Assembly: GCA_963726455.1 (NCBI GenBank)
Contig: CAVSCK010000001.1
Location: 32,001 to 96,000 of the forward strand
DNA from: an uncultured bacterium
GTDB lineage: Bacteria > Zixibacteria > MSB-5A5 > CAIYYT01
Direction: 5' to 3'
Length of the DNA: 64,000 bases
Each line of letters starts with the position of its first letter. Within the stretch, counting starts at the first letter, position 1. Under the pieces are notes generated by a model that had not been told where the DNA came from, searched no databases, and saw only the letters and a program-made list of their open reading frames with translations. Of this stretch, positions 9,025 to 18,793 are shown piece by piece. Position numbers and translations under genes: made by a program.

Positions 9025-9384
9025 ATGCCGAATCCTGTAGTACACTTTGAAGTCGCCGGCACAGACGGCAAGAGATCGCAGGACTTTTACGGAAAACTGT
9101 TCGACTGGAAAGTCCAAGTCGATCCCAAAATGGACTATGGCATGCTCAGCCAGCAGGAAGGTCAGGGCATTGGCGGCGGGATTTATCAGACCATGGAAGG
9201 TATGCGCCCGCACGTTACATTCTATGTCATGGTGGACGACCTGCAGAAATATCTCGACCGCGCCGCGAAACTGGGCGGCAAAGTGCTCATGCCGCCGAAA
9301 GAAATCTCGCCCGAAATCGGCTGGATGGCGATGTTCGCCGATCCCGACGGCAACCCGATCGGGCTGTTCAAGAACGTCATGTAA
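9025..9384 (+). CDS. VOC / glyoxalase family protein
   Basis: PVVHFE..FYGKLFDW..GIGGG..FADPDGNPIGL; GGAGG RBS before ATG 9025. Confidence 0.9.
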   Translation: MPNPVVHFEVAGTDGKRSQDFYGKLFDWKVQVDPKMDYGMLSQQEGQGIGGGIYQTMEGMRPHVTFYVMVDDLQKYLDRAAKLGGKVLMPPKEISPEIGWMAMFADPDGNPIGLFKNVM

Positions 9385-9422
9385 TCCCCTTTGCATGACA
9401 TGGCACGATGCCGAATGCAGCA

Positions 9423-9452
9423 GCGCCGTCAGGATTCCCATCTTGACGGCGC
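9423..9452. repeat. Palindromic REP-like element, copy A
   Basis: gcgccgtcagga-ttccca-tcttgacggcgc; similar to 18697-18722. Confidence 0.45.
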
Positions 9453-9776
9453 CTTACTTTGTATGGTTCTTCTCAGAGGCGGGTTGATCGCTTACGTGCC
9501 ATCAGCTCTTCGCGAGCACGCCATGACAGAAGGAAGAGCGTGTGGCAGATAAGCGCGATCGTACACCGCGAAAAGCCGGGGAAGTTTTCCCTTCAATTCC
9601 GTCATCGCTTTGCCTATATTCCTGCCTTCGCGGCAACAGCTTCCCGGCTCATGCCGTAAAGACTATTGATGAGGCAGATACCCTCCGACGGGAATTTGGA
9701 GCGGAAATCAGGGCGACTTGTATACAGTTTGATTGGTTGCCCGTGAACTTTCTTCTGGGAACGGAGATTCAAGAAA

Positions 9777-10349
9777 ATGGCACAAGAAGAGATCAAGACT
9801 GCCGTTTGCAGTTATGTCCTGATCAAGATCGGGGATCGCGATAAATTAGTCCCAGCCGTGGAAAAACTCTATCTCAACGATCACGTCCTGTTTTGCGACG
9901 CCGTCGACGGCGATTATGACCTGGCGCTGGTCGCGCAGGGCGACTCCGACAAAGAACTTGAAAGCTATATCGCCGGCGAGATCAAGACCATTAACGGCGT
10001 GCAGAATGTCGAAGTCCTGCGTCTGGAGACTCCTCCCGCGACCATTATCGAAAGCGCCTCTGAGGCCTCCGGCGAAGATCATGTCCCGGAACGATATGAC
10101 GGCAGCAAGGCACAGAGCTACCTCTTCATGGAAACCGATCAAAATCAACTACTGGATATTCAAAGCAGACTGCGAGAATTGCAGTCCGTCGTGGCCTGCG
10201 ATATTGCTCACGGCAAGTACCCCCTCGTCGTGCTGCTGAAAGCTGCCGGTTTTGACCAAATTCGCAAGATTATTGCGGAGAAAATCCGCGTCCTGCCTGG
10301 AGTCCTGCGAGTCAAGCAGAGCCATATTATCAAATTATTTGAAATGTGA
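9777..10349 (+). CDS. Tandem Lrp/AsnC ligand-binding (RAM) domain protein without HTH
   Basis: Two repeats of SY(V/L)...V..CD...G.Y.L......I..I.GV..V. Confidence 0.75.
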   Translation: MAQEEIKTAVCSYVLIKIGDRDKLVPAVEKLYLNDHVLFCDAVDGDYDLALVAQGDSDKELESYIAGEIKTINGVQNVEVLRLETPPATIIESASEASGEDHVPERYDGSKAQSYLFMETDQNQLLDIQSRLRELQSVVACDIAHGKYPLVVLLKAAGFDQIRKIIAEKIRVLPGVLRVKQSHIIKLFEM

Positions 10350-10429
10350 GAGACCATTCCTTATATTAGAGACCGTTTAGGTCGTGAATATGAGGAAGAG
10401 GCCTGAAAGAACATACATTGCTCACCAGC

Positions 10430-10458
10430 TTGATATTCATTTCACAAGATGCTATTAT
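10430..10458 (+). promoter_or_regulatory. sigma70 promoter with overlapping Rex-like operator
   Basis: TTGATA-N17-TATTAT with TGn; 10430-10447 TTGATATtcatTTCACAA resembles TTGTGAA-n4-TTCACAA. Confidence 0.6.
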
Positions 10459-10540
10459 GCCCCCTCGCGGCGGTCTGCGTAACTGGTCTCGCCGAGTAGG
10501 TTTCTGATGCGACTATTTGTTAAACTTCGAGGTAGACTTT

Positions 10541-11014
10541 ATGGATGCGACCACACAAGAGTTTAAACCCTTTAATTTGGACCTCTGGAAGTACGATGGT
10601 CATGCCGGCGCGCTGATACCGTTACTCCAATCCGCGCAGGACACCTACGGCTACGTCTCGGAGCGCGCGATTGATTATATCAGCCAGGTCACCGGAATTC
10701 CGTCCGCCGAAATCTACGGCGTCGTGACTTTCTACGCGCAGTTCCGCACCAAGCCGCTCGGCGAAAAGATCATCAAAGTCTGTAACGGCACGGCCTGCCA
10801 CGTCAACGGCGTCAAGGAAATTGCGGATACTCTCAAAGACGAACTGAACATAGACTACGAAGAAACCACCGACGACGGCAAGTTCAGTATGGTCTCGGTC
10901 GCCTGCCTCGGCTGCTGTTCTCTCGCACCCGTCATGATGGTCAACAACGAAACTTTTGGCCGCCTCACTCCTCAGAAAACGCGCAAAGTCCTGCGGGATC
11001 TGCGGCGCAAGTAA
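10541..11014 (+). CDS. NuoE/HydC-like [2Fe-2S] subunit
   Basis: YGVVTFY, CNGTAC, CLGCCSLAP motifs. Confidence 0.93.
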   Translation: MDATTQEFKPFNLDLWKYDGHAGALIPLLQSAQDTYGYVSERAIDYISQVTGIPSAEIYGVVTFYAQFRTKPLGEKIIKVCNGTACHVNGVKEIADTLKDELNIDYEETTDDGKFSMVSVACLGCCSLAPVMMVNNETFGRLTPQKTRKVLRDLRRK

Positions 11015-11038
11015 CCACGACAAAACGAAAGACAGAGT

Positions 11039-12793
11039 ATGAAAACGGTAATGGTTGGTCTGGCTACCTGCGGAATCTCGGCAGGAGGCGAAAAAGTATA
11101 TAAAGCATTTCAGGACGAACTCCAGAATACGGACTTCGTTCTTAAGGAAACCGGTTGCATCGGAATGTGCTACCGCGAGGTTCTGGTCAATGTCTCCAAC
11201 GGCAACGGAACCGGCTACCTCTATGGCGAAGTGACTCCCGACCGCGTCAAGCGCATCGTCAGCGAACATGTCGTCGGCGACAAACCCATCGAAGAATGGC
11301 TTGTTTCGGGCGATCATCGTGACGAGGGATTCTTCGACAAGCAAAAACGAATCGTACTGCGCAACTGCGGCATAATCGATCCCGGCTCCATCGAAGAGTA
11401 CATCGCGGCCGGCGGATACAAAGCATTGGAGAAAGCTCTCAAGACGATGACGCCGGAGCAAATCATCGACGACGTCACCAAATCAGGACTGCGCGGTCGT
11501 GGCGGCGCCGGATTCCCCACCGGTAGAAAATGGTCATTGACTCGTGCCGCCAAGGGCGACAAGAAATACCTCATCTGCAATGCCGATGAGGGCGACCCGG
11601 GAGCATTTATGGATCGCTCAGTTCTCGAGGGCGACCCGCATGCGGTACTCGAAGGCATGATCATCGCCGCTTATGCTTGTGGCGCTGACGAGGCCTACAT
11701 ATACTGTCGCGCCGAATACCCGAAGGCGATCGCGCGCTTGCGGCAGGCCATCCTGCAATCGCGCAAGGCCGGATTCCTCGGGGAGAAGATTCTCGGCTCC
11801 AATTTCAAATTCGAAATCAAAATCAAGGAAGGCGCCGGCGCTTTTGTCTGTGGCGAAGAAACCGCGCTGATGGCTTCGATTGAGGGCCATCGCGGCATGC
11901 CGCGCATCCGCCCTCCGTTTCCGGCACAAAGCGGGTTGTGGGGCAAACCGACCAACATCAATAACGTCGAAACCTACGCCAATATTCCCTGGATCATCCT
12001 CAACGGTGGCGCGGCGTTTGCCGCTTTCGGCACCGATGATTCCAAGGGCACAAAAGTCTTCGCAATGGCCGGCAAGGTCAAACGCACCGGCCTTGTCGAA
12101 GTGCCGATGGGTTTGACGATCAACGAAATCATTTACGAAATCTGCGGCGGCATCAGGGACGATAAGAAATTCAAAGGCGTCCAGATGGGTGGCCCGTCGG
12201 GTGGCTGCATACCGGCATCTCTCGGCGACACCAAAATCGATTACCAGCAGATCAACAAGACCGGCGCGATTATGGGCTCCGGCGGTATGGTCGTCATGGA
12301 CGAGACGACCTGCATGGTGGACGTCGCCAAATTCTTCCTGTCATTCACCCAGGTCGAGTCCTGTGGCAAATGCACTTTCTGCCGCATCGGAACGAAACGG
12401 ATGCTGGAGATTCTCGAAAAGATCACTGCCGGCGAGGGCAAGGAAGAAGATATCGACACGCTGGCGAGACTGGGCGAGCAAATCAAAATCGCCACGCTCT
12501 GCGGACTCGGACAGTCGGCGCCCAATCCGGTACTCTCCACGATTCGCTATTTCCGCAACGAGTACGAGGCGCACATCCGCAACAAGAAATGTCCGGCCCA
12601 CGTCTGTGCACCACTGCTGACATATATCATCGATCCCGAAAAATGCAACGGCTGTATGTTGTGTGTCCGCGCTTGCGATTCGAATGCGATCACCGGCGAA
12701 AAGAAAAAGCCGCACGTCATCAACCAGGACCTCTGCATCAAATGCGGCAAGTGCTACACGGTCTGCAACCAGGGCGCGATCATAAAGGATTAA
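11039..12793 (+). CDS. NuoF/HydB-like FMN/NADH-binding subunit with electron-bifurcating signature
   Basis: N-terminal thioredoxin-like 2Fe-2S; GRGGAGF, NADEGDPGAFMDR, GAFVCGEET, GGPSGG, ESCGKC..C; C-terminal 2x[4Fe-4S]. Confidence 0.93.
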   Translation: MKTVMVGLATCGISAGGEKVYKAFQDELQNTDFVLKETGCIGMCYREVLVNVSNGNGTGYLYGEVTPDRVKRIVSEHVVGDKPIEEWLVSGDHRDEGFFDKQKRIVLRNCGIIDPGSIEEYIAAGGYKALEKALKTMTPEQIIDDVTKSGLRGRGGAGFPTGRKWSLTRAAKGDKKYLICNADEGDPGAFMDRSVLEGDPHAVLEGMIIAAYACGADEAYIYCRAEYPKAIARLRQAILQSRKAGFLGEKILGSNFKFEIKIKEGAGAFVCGEETALMASIEGHRGMPRIRPPFPAQSGLWGKPTNINNVETYANIPWIILNGGAAFAAFGTDDSKGTKVFAMAGKVKRTGLVEVPMGLTINEIIYEICGGIRDDKKFKGVQMGGPSGGCIPASLGDTKIDYQQINKTGAIMGSGGMVVMDETTCMVDVAKFFLSFTQVESCGKCTFCRIGTKRMLEILEKITAGEGKEEDIDTLARLGEQIKIATLCGLGQSAPNPVLSTIRYFRNEYEAHIRNKKCPAHVCAPLLTYIIDPEKCNGCMLCVRACDSNAITGEKKKPHVINQDLCIKCGKCYTVCNQGAIIKD

Positions 12794-12801
12794 GGTGAGC
12801 A

Positions 12802-15800
12802 ATGATTAACATAGCAATAAACGGACAGAAGATCACCGCCGATCCGAACCTGACAATCCTCGAGATCGTGCGTCAGAACAATATTGACAAGATTCCGACG
12901 TTGTGCCACGACCCCAAACTGCCGCCGTTCGGATCATGCTTCCTTTGCGTCGTCGAGATTGAGGGCTTCCCGCGCCTGCTGCCCGCCTGCTCCACCAAAC
13001 CGATGGAGGGCTGGGCCATTCAAACGCGTTCACCCAAGGTTGTCGATGCGCGCAAGACCTGCCTCGAATTACTGGTATCGAATCACTACGCCGACTGTTT
13101 TGGCGCCTGCCGCCTGAACTGTCCCGCTGATGTTGATATTCAGGGTTACCTGTCATTGACTCATCTCGGCAAGTACCATGAAGCCATCCGCCTGATCAAA
13201 GAGAAGAATCCCTTCCCATCAGTCTGCGGCCGCGTCTGCACCCGCAAGTGCGAACTGGCTTGCCGCCGCAAGATGGTTGATGATGCCGTCGGCATCGACT
13301 ACGTCAAACGTTTCACGGCCGACAAAGACATGGAATCCGGTGACATGTGGCGTCCCGAGGTCAAACCACGTAACGGCAAGAAAGTCGCCGTCATCGGAGG
13401 CGGCCCGGCAGGATTGACTTGCGCCTACTATCTCGTGCTCGAAGGTTTCGAACCGACCGTATACGAAGCGTTGCCCGAAATGGGCGGCATGTTGCGCTAT
13501 GGAATTCCCGAATATCGTCTGCCGAAAAAGGTGCTCGATAAAGAAATCAAATGGATTACCGACCTCGGCGTTGAAGTTCATACAAATACGGCGCTCGGAC
13601 CAAACTTCTCGATCGACGAGTTGATGGGCAAGGGCTTCAAGGCCGTGTTCGTCGGACTTGGCGCGCAGCTTGCCAAGAGCATGGGCGTAGTCAACGAGCA
13701 CGTCAAGCGCGTCCTTGGTGGCGTTGACTTCCTGCGTGATGTCGGCCTCAGCCGGCCACCCAAAGTCTATGGCCGCGTCGTCGTGGTTGGTGGCGGCAAT
13801 ACCGCCATTGATGCTGCTCGCACGAGTCTGCGTCTGGGCGCCAAGGAAGTCATCATTCTCTATCGCCGCACCCGTCAGGAAATGCCTGCCAACGATGTCG
13901 AGATCGTGGCTGCCGAGGAAGAGGGCATTAATATTCACTATCTCGCCGCGCCGGTACGGGTCAACTCCGACAACGGCGAACTTCACTCTCTCGAATGTAT
14001 CGAGATGGAGTTGGGCGAACCGGATGCTTCCGGTCGTCGTCGCCCTGTGACCAAGAAGGGCTCGGAATTCACGCTTGCTTGTGACTGGGTAATTTCGGCA
14101 ATCGGACAGGATGCCGATCTCAGCGGCATCAAGGCGCAGGATGGCAGTGATTCCGAAATCGAAATCAGCAAGTGGAATACCATCATGGCGCAGGAAGGTA
14201 CGTTCAACACGAATCGTCCCGGCGTCTTCGCGGGCGGTGACGTGGTAACCGGACCTGCTGACGCCATCGACGCCATCGCGGCCGGGCGACTGGCTGCTTT
14301 CGCAATTATGCAATACATCGAAACGGGACATTTCCAAAGATTGCGTCCCGTATTCGCCAGTTTGCGCGACAACCTGAAGAAAGTCACTCCGGACGATCTG
14401 ACATTTATCGATAAAACCACCCGCAACATCGTGCATGAACTGCCGGTTGCCGAGCGCATACGTACATTCCAGGAAGTTGAATTACCTTACACTCAGGAGC
14501 AGGTGCTTCTGGAGACTTGCCGCTGCGTTGAATGCGGTTGCGCCGTGTCTCTTAGTTGCGAATTGCAGGATTACTGCAGCGAATACGGCGCCGACCAAAA
14601 GCGGTTCGCCGGCGAGTTCAAACGTTACCCTGTCGACACATCACATCCGTTCATCACTCTCGAACCGAACAAATGCATCCTTTGCGGCCGTTGCGTTCGC
14701 ACCTGCGCCGACATTCTCGATGTCTCGGCACTCGGATTCGTCTATCGCGGATTCAAAACTATCGTCAAACCGGCGATGGAAAAACATCTGCAGGAAACCA
14801 ACTGCGTTTCCTGCGGCAACTGCGTCGATGTCTGCCCGACCGGCGCGATCGTCAACAAGATGCCCTGGGGACGGTCCGGCCCGTGGAAGATGGAGCAGGT
14901 CAAAAACGTCTGCAATTTCTGTTCGGTCGGCTGCAACGTCGAAATCAACGCTCTCTCTCCCGACTTGTTCTATGTCACCGGCGCGTTCGCAGGTGAACCG
15001 AACTTCGGCGAGCTTTGCGTCAAAGGGCGTTATGGTTACCAGCAGCTTATCAATTCGTCGCGTCTCATGAAACCATTGGTGCGCAAAAATGGTTCGCTGG
15101 AACCGGCGACCTGGGACGATGCCTGGCGCAAAATCTCCGAGGGTCTGGCAACGATGCGATCCTCGTATCCGAGCGGTTCGGTGATGGTTTCAGCTTCTCC
15201 CAAACTGACTGACGAAGAGCTTTATCTCGCCGGCAAGATGGCGCGCGCAGCTCTCAAAACTGCCGCAATCGGCAGCTTCCACAACGAAGCTAGTGGCGCT
15301 GACTTGCATGCCTTGGATGATATTCTCGGTTCGACCTCGTCAACTTGCGGTGTCAAAGAACTCGAGGGTGCTGACGTGGTGTTGGTCGTCAACTGCGATC
15401 CGACAACCGAGAATCCGGTTTTCGGCTGGCGTCTAAAGCGGCTGCTAAAGGCCGGCAAGAAGGCAGTAGTAATTAGCTCTTCCGAAAACGGCCTCACGCC
15501 TCACGCATCGCTCTGGCTCGATGCGCGCCGTGGCTCGTCATCCACTTTGCTTAAGGGCATTACGGCCGAGATTCTGCGCAATCGTAAAGAGGATGCCAAC
15601 TATATCGCAGCTCGCACGATCAACTTCGATCGCTTCAAGCGCGCTCTGGCACAGACGAGTGTTGACGAAGTCTCCGCGATCACCGGCGTTCAATCCGATA
15701 AGATTGCGAGCGCGGTCGACCTGCTTACCTCCGACAGCCGGAAAGTTGTAGCGATCTACAACCTCGCCAGTCGTATCGACCGCAGTCCCAGCGATCTGAA

Positions 15801-16566
15801 AGCGCTGGCATCACTCATGATGGTTACCGGCAAAATCGGCACCGCCGGAAACGGTTTGATTCTGCTGACCGATCAAAGCAACAGCCGCGGCATGGAACTG
15901 GCCGGATTCGACCAGCAGCTACTACCGGGAGGCACGACCATTGATCCGGAAACCGTCGGCAAGTTGTCGAGCATCTGGAACGACAGTCTCGATTGTATCA
16001 AACAGGGCGACAGTGTCCCGGCCATGCAGAAGCTGCGGGACGGCCAAATCAAGGGCGCACTCATATTCGGTGAGAACCCGGCCATTGATCCCGCCTGGAG
16101 GAAGAAGATCGAGCAACTTGAATTCCTGGTCGTCGCCGATATGTATCTGACTGAGACGGGTGAGATGGCTGACGTTGTGCTTCCGCTCAACAGCTATGTC
16201 GAAGACGAGGGCACCATGACTAACTGGGAAGGCCGACGTCAGTCGCTGCAACCGCTTGGTGTTCCGCAAACCGGCATGACTAATCTGCAATTGATCACGC
16301 GAATCTATAACCTCGCCGGCGGCAACGGCCTGCGCGACGAAGCGCTTTTCGAACAGATCACTCGTGAGATGGAGTTGTTCATTCCCTCACGCGACTGTGA
16401 GCCGGACAATCTGGGACGATTCATCAGTCGTTTCCCGACCGGTGACGGCAAGGCCCACTTCGAGGTCTACAACACCGGTGTTGCCGTAACTGATGCGCGT
16501 TTTCCGGCCATGCTTGTGCTCGATGAACGCACCAATTCCCGCTTGTCACAATTGTTTGGACAATAA
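12802..16566 (+). CDS. Fused Fe-S / GltD-type FAD-NAD(P)H / degenerate molybdopterin-oxidoreductase (NuoG-like) subunit
   Basis: IPTLC..GSC..C; NPFPSVCGRVC, GGGPAG, GGGNTAID, YRRT; CILCGRC and CVSCGNC; CNFCSVGC..LCVKG; C-terminal Mo-enzyme scaffold. Confidence 0.88.
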   Translation: MINIAINGQKITADPNLTILEIVRQNNIDKIPTLCHDPKLPPFGSCFLCVVEIEGFPRLLPACSTKPMEGWAIQTRSPKVVDARKTCLELLVSNHYADCFGACRLNCPADVDIQGYLSLTHLGKYHEAIRLIKEKNPFPSVCGRVCTRKCELACRRKMVDDAVGIDYVKRFTADKDMESGDMWRPEVKPRNGKKVAVIGGGPAGLTCAYYLVLEGFEPTVYEALPEMGGMLRYGIPEYRLPKKVLDKEIKWITDLGVEVHTNTALGPNFSIDELMGKGFKAVFVGLGAQLAKSMGVVNEHVKRVLGGVDFLRDVGLSRPPKVYGRVVVVGGGNTAIDAARTSLRLGAKEVIILYRRTRQEMPANDVEIVAAEEEGINIHYLAAPVRVNSDNGELHSLECIEMELGEPDASGRRRPVTKKGSEFTLACDWVISAIGQDADLSGIKAQDGSDSEIEISKWNTIMAQEGTFNTNRPGVFAGGDVVTGPADAIDAIAAGRLAAFAIMQYIETGHFQRLRPVFASLRDNLKKVTPDDLTFIDKTTRNIVHELPVAERIRTFQEVELPYTQEQVLLETCRCVECGCAVSLSCELQDYCSEYGADQKRFAGEFKRYPVDTSHPFITLEPNKCILCGRCVRTCADILDVSALGFVYRGFKTIVKPAMEKHLQETNCVSCGNCVDVCPTGAIVNKMPWGRSGPWKMEQVKNVCNFCSVGCNVEINALSPDLFYVTGAFAGEPNFGELCVKGRYGYQQLINSSRLMKPLVRKNGSLEPATWDDAWRKISEGLATMRSSYPSGSVMVSASPKLTDEELYLAGKMARAALKTAAIGSFHNEASGADLHALDDILGSTSSTCGVKELEGADVVLVVNCDPTTENPVFGWRLKRLLKAGKKAVVISSSENGLTPHASLWLDARRGSSSTLLKGITAEILRNRKEDANYIAARTINFDRFKRALAQTSVDEVSAITGVQSDKIASAVDLLTSDSRKVVAIYNLASRIDRSPSDLKALASLMMVTGKIGTAGNGLILLTDQSNSRGMELAGFDQQLLPGGTTIDPETVGKLSSIWNDSLDCIKQGDSVPAMQKLRDGQIKGALIFGENPAIDPAWRKKIEQLEFLVVADMYLTETGEMADVVLPLNSYVEDEGTMTNWEGRRQSLQPLGVPQTGMTNLQLITRIYNLAGGNGLRDEALFEQITREMELFIPSRDCEPDNLGRFISRFPTGDGKAHFEVYNTGVAVTDARFPAMLVLDERTNSRLSQLFGQ

Positions 16567-16589
16567 GACGTTGTGACAGCCAAATTCTC

Positions 16590-16623
16590 AGGGCGCTTCG
16601 ACAGAAGCGCCCTTTTCTGTTTT
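16590..16623 (+). terminator. Intrinsic terminator of the oxidoreductase operon
   Basis: agggcgcttc-gaca-gaagcgccct plus T tract. Confidence 0.85.
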
Positions 16624-16774
16624 GCCCGACTTTGATTTGCCTCGTTCCGATTCGCGACTCGCGTCCACCTGTTAATTCGCTGCCTTGATTAGTTTCCCGT
16701 AATCCGCTATACTCTCTGCTTCGAAATCAATTTGGTTTCGTGCGCGAATTGACGCAGGACAAAGGAGAATAATC

Positions 16775-18607
16775 ATGAATACATCCGACGCTTCGACGAC
16801 GCTTACCAAAACCGCGCCCCGCTGGGATCTCGAGTCGATCTTCCCCGGTGGCAGCGGTTCTGCTGAATACAAAACCTTCCGTGAGAAAATTCACGCCGAT
16901 CTCGACAAGGCAAAGAAGGCATTCGCCAAATTGCCGGCAAGACTGACGCCCGCCGCCCACTCACAATGGACCAAATTTATTCTCGAATTCCAGCGCCTCG
17001 GTGAACATCTCAGCCAGGCACGCTCTTTTGTCTATTGCTGCATCTCTGAGAAGGTCGCCGATGATCTTGGCCATACGATCTTCGGTGAAGTTGACGCGAT
17101 GGCTGCGGACTGGCTCACATTGCGCACCGGCCTGGAAGCCCTCTTTGCCAAACAAACCGACAAGTCATGGGACAAGTTCATGACCGACCCGAAGCTTGCG
17201 CCGATTGCCTTCCCGCTTAGCGAGATGCGTACTCTGGCCAAGGAAAAGATGGCCCCCGAACTCGAAGCATTGGTCTCGGAACTCTCCGTAAATGGCTACC
17301 ACGCCTGGGCGCGACTGTACGACAAAATCTCGGGCGAAATCACTGTCGATTTCGAAGAAGACGGCAAAATCGTAAAGCTATCTGTCGGTCAACTGCAGAA
17401 CAAATTCAACAGTCCCAATCGCGAAACTCGCAAGCGCGCCTTCGCCAAGTTTGAAGAGGCCTGGCGCAACCGGTCATCGTTGGCTGCATCAGCATTGAAT
17501 TTTCAGGGTGGCTTTCGCTTGTCCGTCTACAAAAACCGTGGCTGGAAATCGCCGCTCCACGAACCGTTGCGGATGAACCGTCTTCAGGAGAAAACACTCA
17601 ACGCCATGTGGAAGGCGGTTGCGTCCTCACTGCCGGCAATGAAGAAATATATCGACGCCAAGAAGAAACTGCTCGGCATCGACAAGTTCTGCTGGTTCGA
17701 CCAGGTTGCGCCGGTCGGCAACTTCGACAAAGAGTTCGGCTTCGCGGAATCCGGCGACTTCATCACCAAACATCTGGGATCATTCTCCCCCGAGATGGCT
17801 GACCTGGCTCGATTGGCCTTGAGCAATCGCTGGGTCGAGGCCGAAGATCGTCCCGGAAAGGCCGACGGCGGCTACTGCACCGGCATAAATCTGATCAAAC
17901 AGAGTCGCATCTTCATGACTTACGCCAACGACTTCGGCAGCATGTCGGTTCTGGCTCATGAACTCGGCCACGCATATCACCAGTGGGTGCTGAAAGACGC
18001 GCCGTACCTTGCGACTGACTATCCGATGGGGCTGGCGGAAACAGCGTCGATCTTCAACGAACTGCGCGTAACCGATGCCGCCCTTCAGGAAGTCACCAAT
18101 CCCCAACAGAAACTGATGCTGCTCGATCAGATTTTGCAGCAACCCTTTATTCTGTTTTGCAACATCTACGCCCGCTTCCTGTTCGACAAATCGTTCTACG
18201 CGGAACGCGCAAAGGGAGCCATTAGCAAAGTTCGTCTTGATGAGATGATGATCGCCGCGCAGCGCGAGGCCTTTGCCGGAATACTTGATCCAAACGAAGG
18301 GTATCATCCTCTTTTCTGGGCCTCAAAGTTGCACTTCTTCTATACCGAGGCGCCCTTCTACAATTTCCCATACACTTTTGGTTACCTCTTTGCCGGCGGC
18401 GTGTACGAACGCGCAGTGCAAGAGGGACAGGCGTTTGCGCCGAAATATCGGGCACTGCTACAAGACACCGGCAGCATGACCACGGAAGAAGTTGCGAAGA
18501 AACATCTGAAAGTCAATTTGACCAAAGATGAATTCTGGACCACAGCTGTCAGCCGCTCGATGAGGTACGTCAACGAGTTCTGCAAGCTGGTGGATGACAA
18601 CATGTAA
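16775..18607 (+). CDS. pepF: M3B oligoendopeptidase F
   Basis: RWDLE, RPGKADGGYC, LAHELGHAYH, AETAS, FYNFPYTFG motifs. Confidence 0.9.
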   Translation: MNTSDASTTLTKTAPRWDLESIFPGGSGSAEYKTFREKIHADLDKAKKAFAKLPARLTPAAHSQWTKFILEFQRLGEHLSQARSFVYCCISEKVADDLGHTIFGEVDAMAADWLTLRTGLEALFAKQTDKSWDKFMTDPKLAPIAFPLSEMRTLAKEKMAPELEALVSELSVNGYHAWARLYDKISGEITVDFEEDGKIVKLSVGQLQNKFNSPNRETRKRAFAKFEEAWRNRSSLAASALNFQGGFRLSVYKNRGWKSPLHEPLRMNRLQEKTLNAMWKAVASSLPAMKKYIDAKKKLLGIDKFCWFDQVAPVGNFDKEFGFAESGDFITKHLGSFSPEMADLARLALSNRWVEAEDRPGKADGGYCTGINLIKQSRIFMTYANDFGSMSVLAHELGHAYHQWVLKDAPYLATDYPMGLAETASIFNELRVTDAALQEVTNPQQKLMLLDQILQQPFILFCNIYARFLFDKSFYAERAKGAISKVRLDEMMIAAQREAFAGILDPNEGYHPLFWASKLHFFYTEAPFYNFPYTFGYLFAGGVYERAVQEGQAFAPKYRALLQDTGSMTTEEVAKKHLKVNLTKDEFWTTAVSRSMRYVNEFCKLVDDNM

Positions 18608-18696
18608 GTGCGAATCGAATTGCACTTCAATCAGCTCTGCCCCGACGTTACGTCTTGCGGGAGGCCGAGCCCGTTCCACAACCCAAATCCATCTGC

Positions 18697-18722
18697 GGCG
18701 TCAGAAATCCCCACCTGACGCC
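18697..18722. repeat. Palindromic REP-like element, copy B
   Basis: ggcgtcag-aaatccccac-ctgacgcc. Confidence 0.45.
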
Positions 18723-18758
18723 TCTTCAATTCCGTCCTAACCTACCCCAACTTTTTTC

Positions 18759-18787
18759 TTGACGCCTCGTATCGGAAAATGTAACGT
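18759..18787 (+). promoter_or_regulatory. sigma70 promoter
   Basis: TTGACG-N17-TAACGT. Confidence 0.55.
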
Positions 18788-18793
18788 TAAGCA

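Noticed and set aside
13219-14436. Long antisense ORFs (also 28887..29900, 35322..36266, 46494..47486, 7837..8760)
   Set aside because: Opposite-strand shadows of well-supported genes, expected from GC-rich codon bias.
12802-16566. [FeFe]-hydrogenase or true formate dehydrogenase alpha subunit
   Set aside because: No H-cluster motifs, no Cys/Sec-His Mo-ligand motif and no in-frame TGA.
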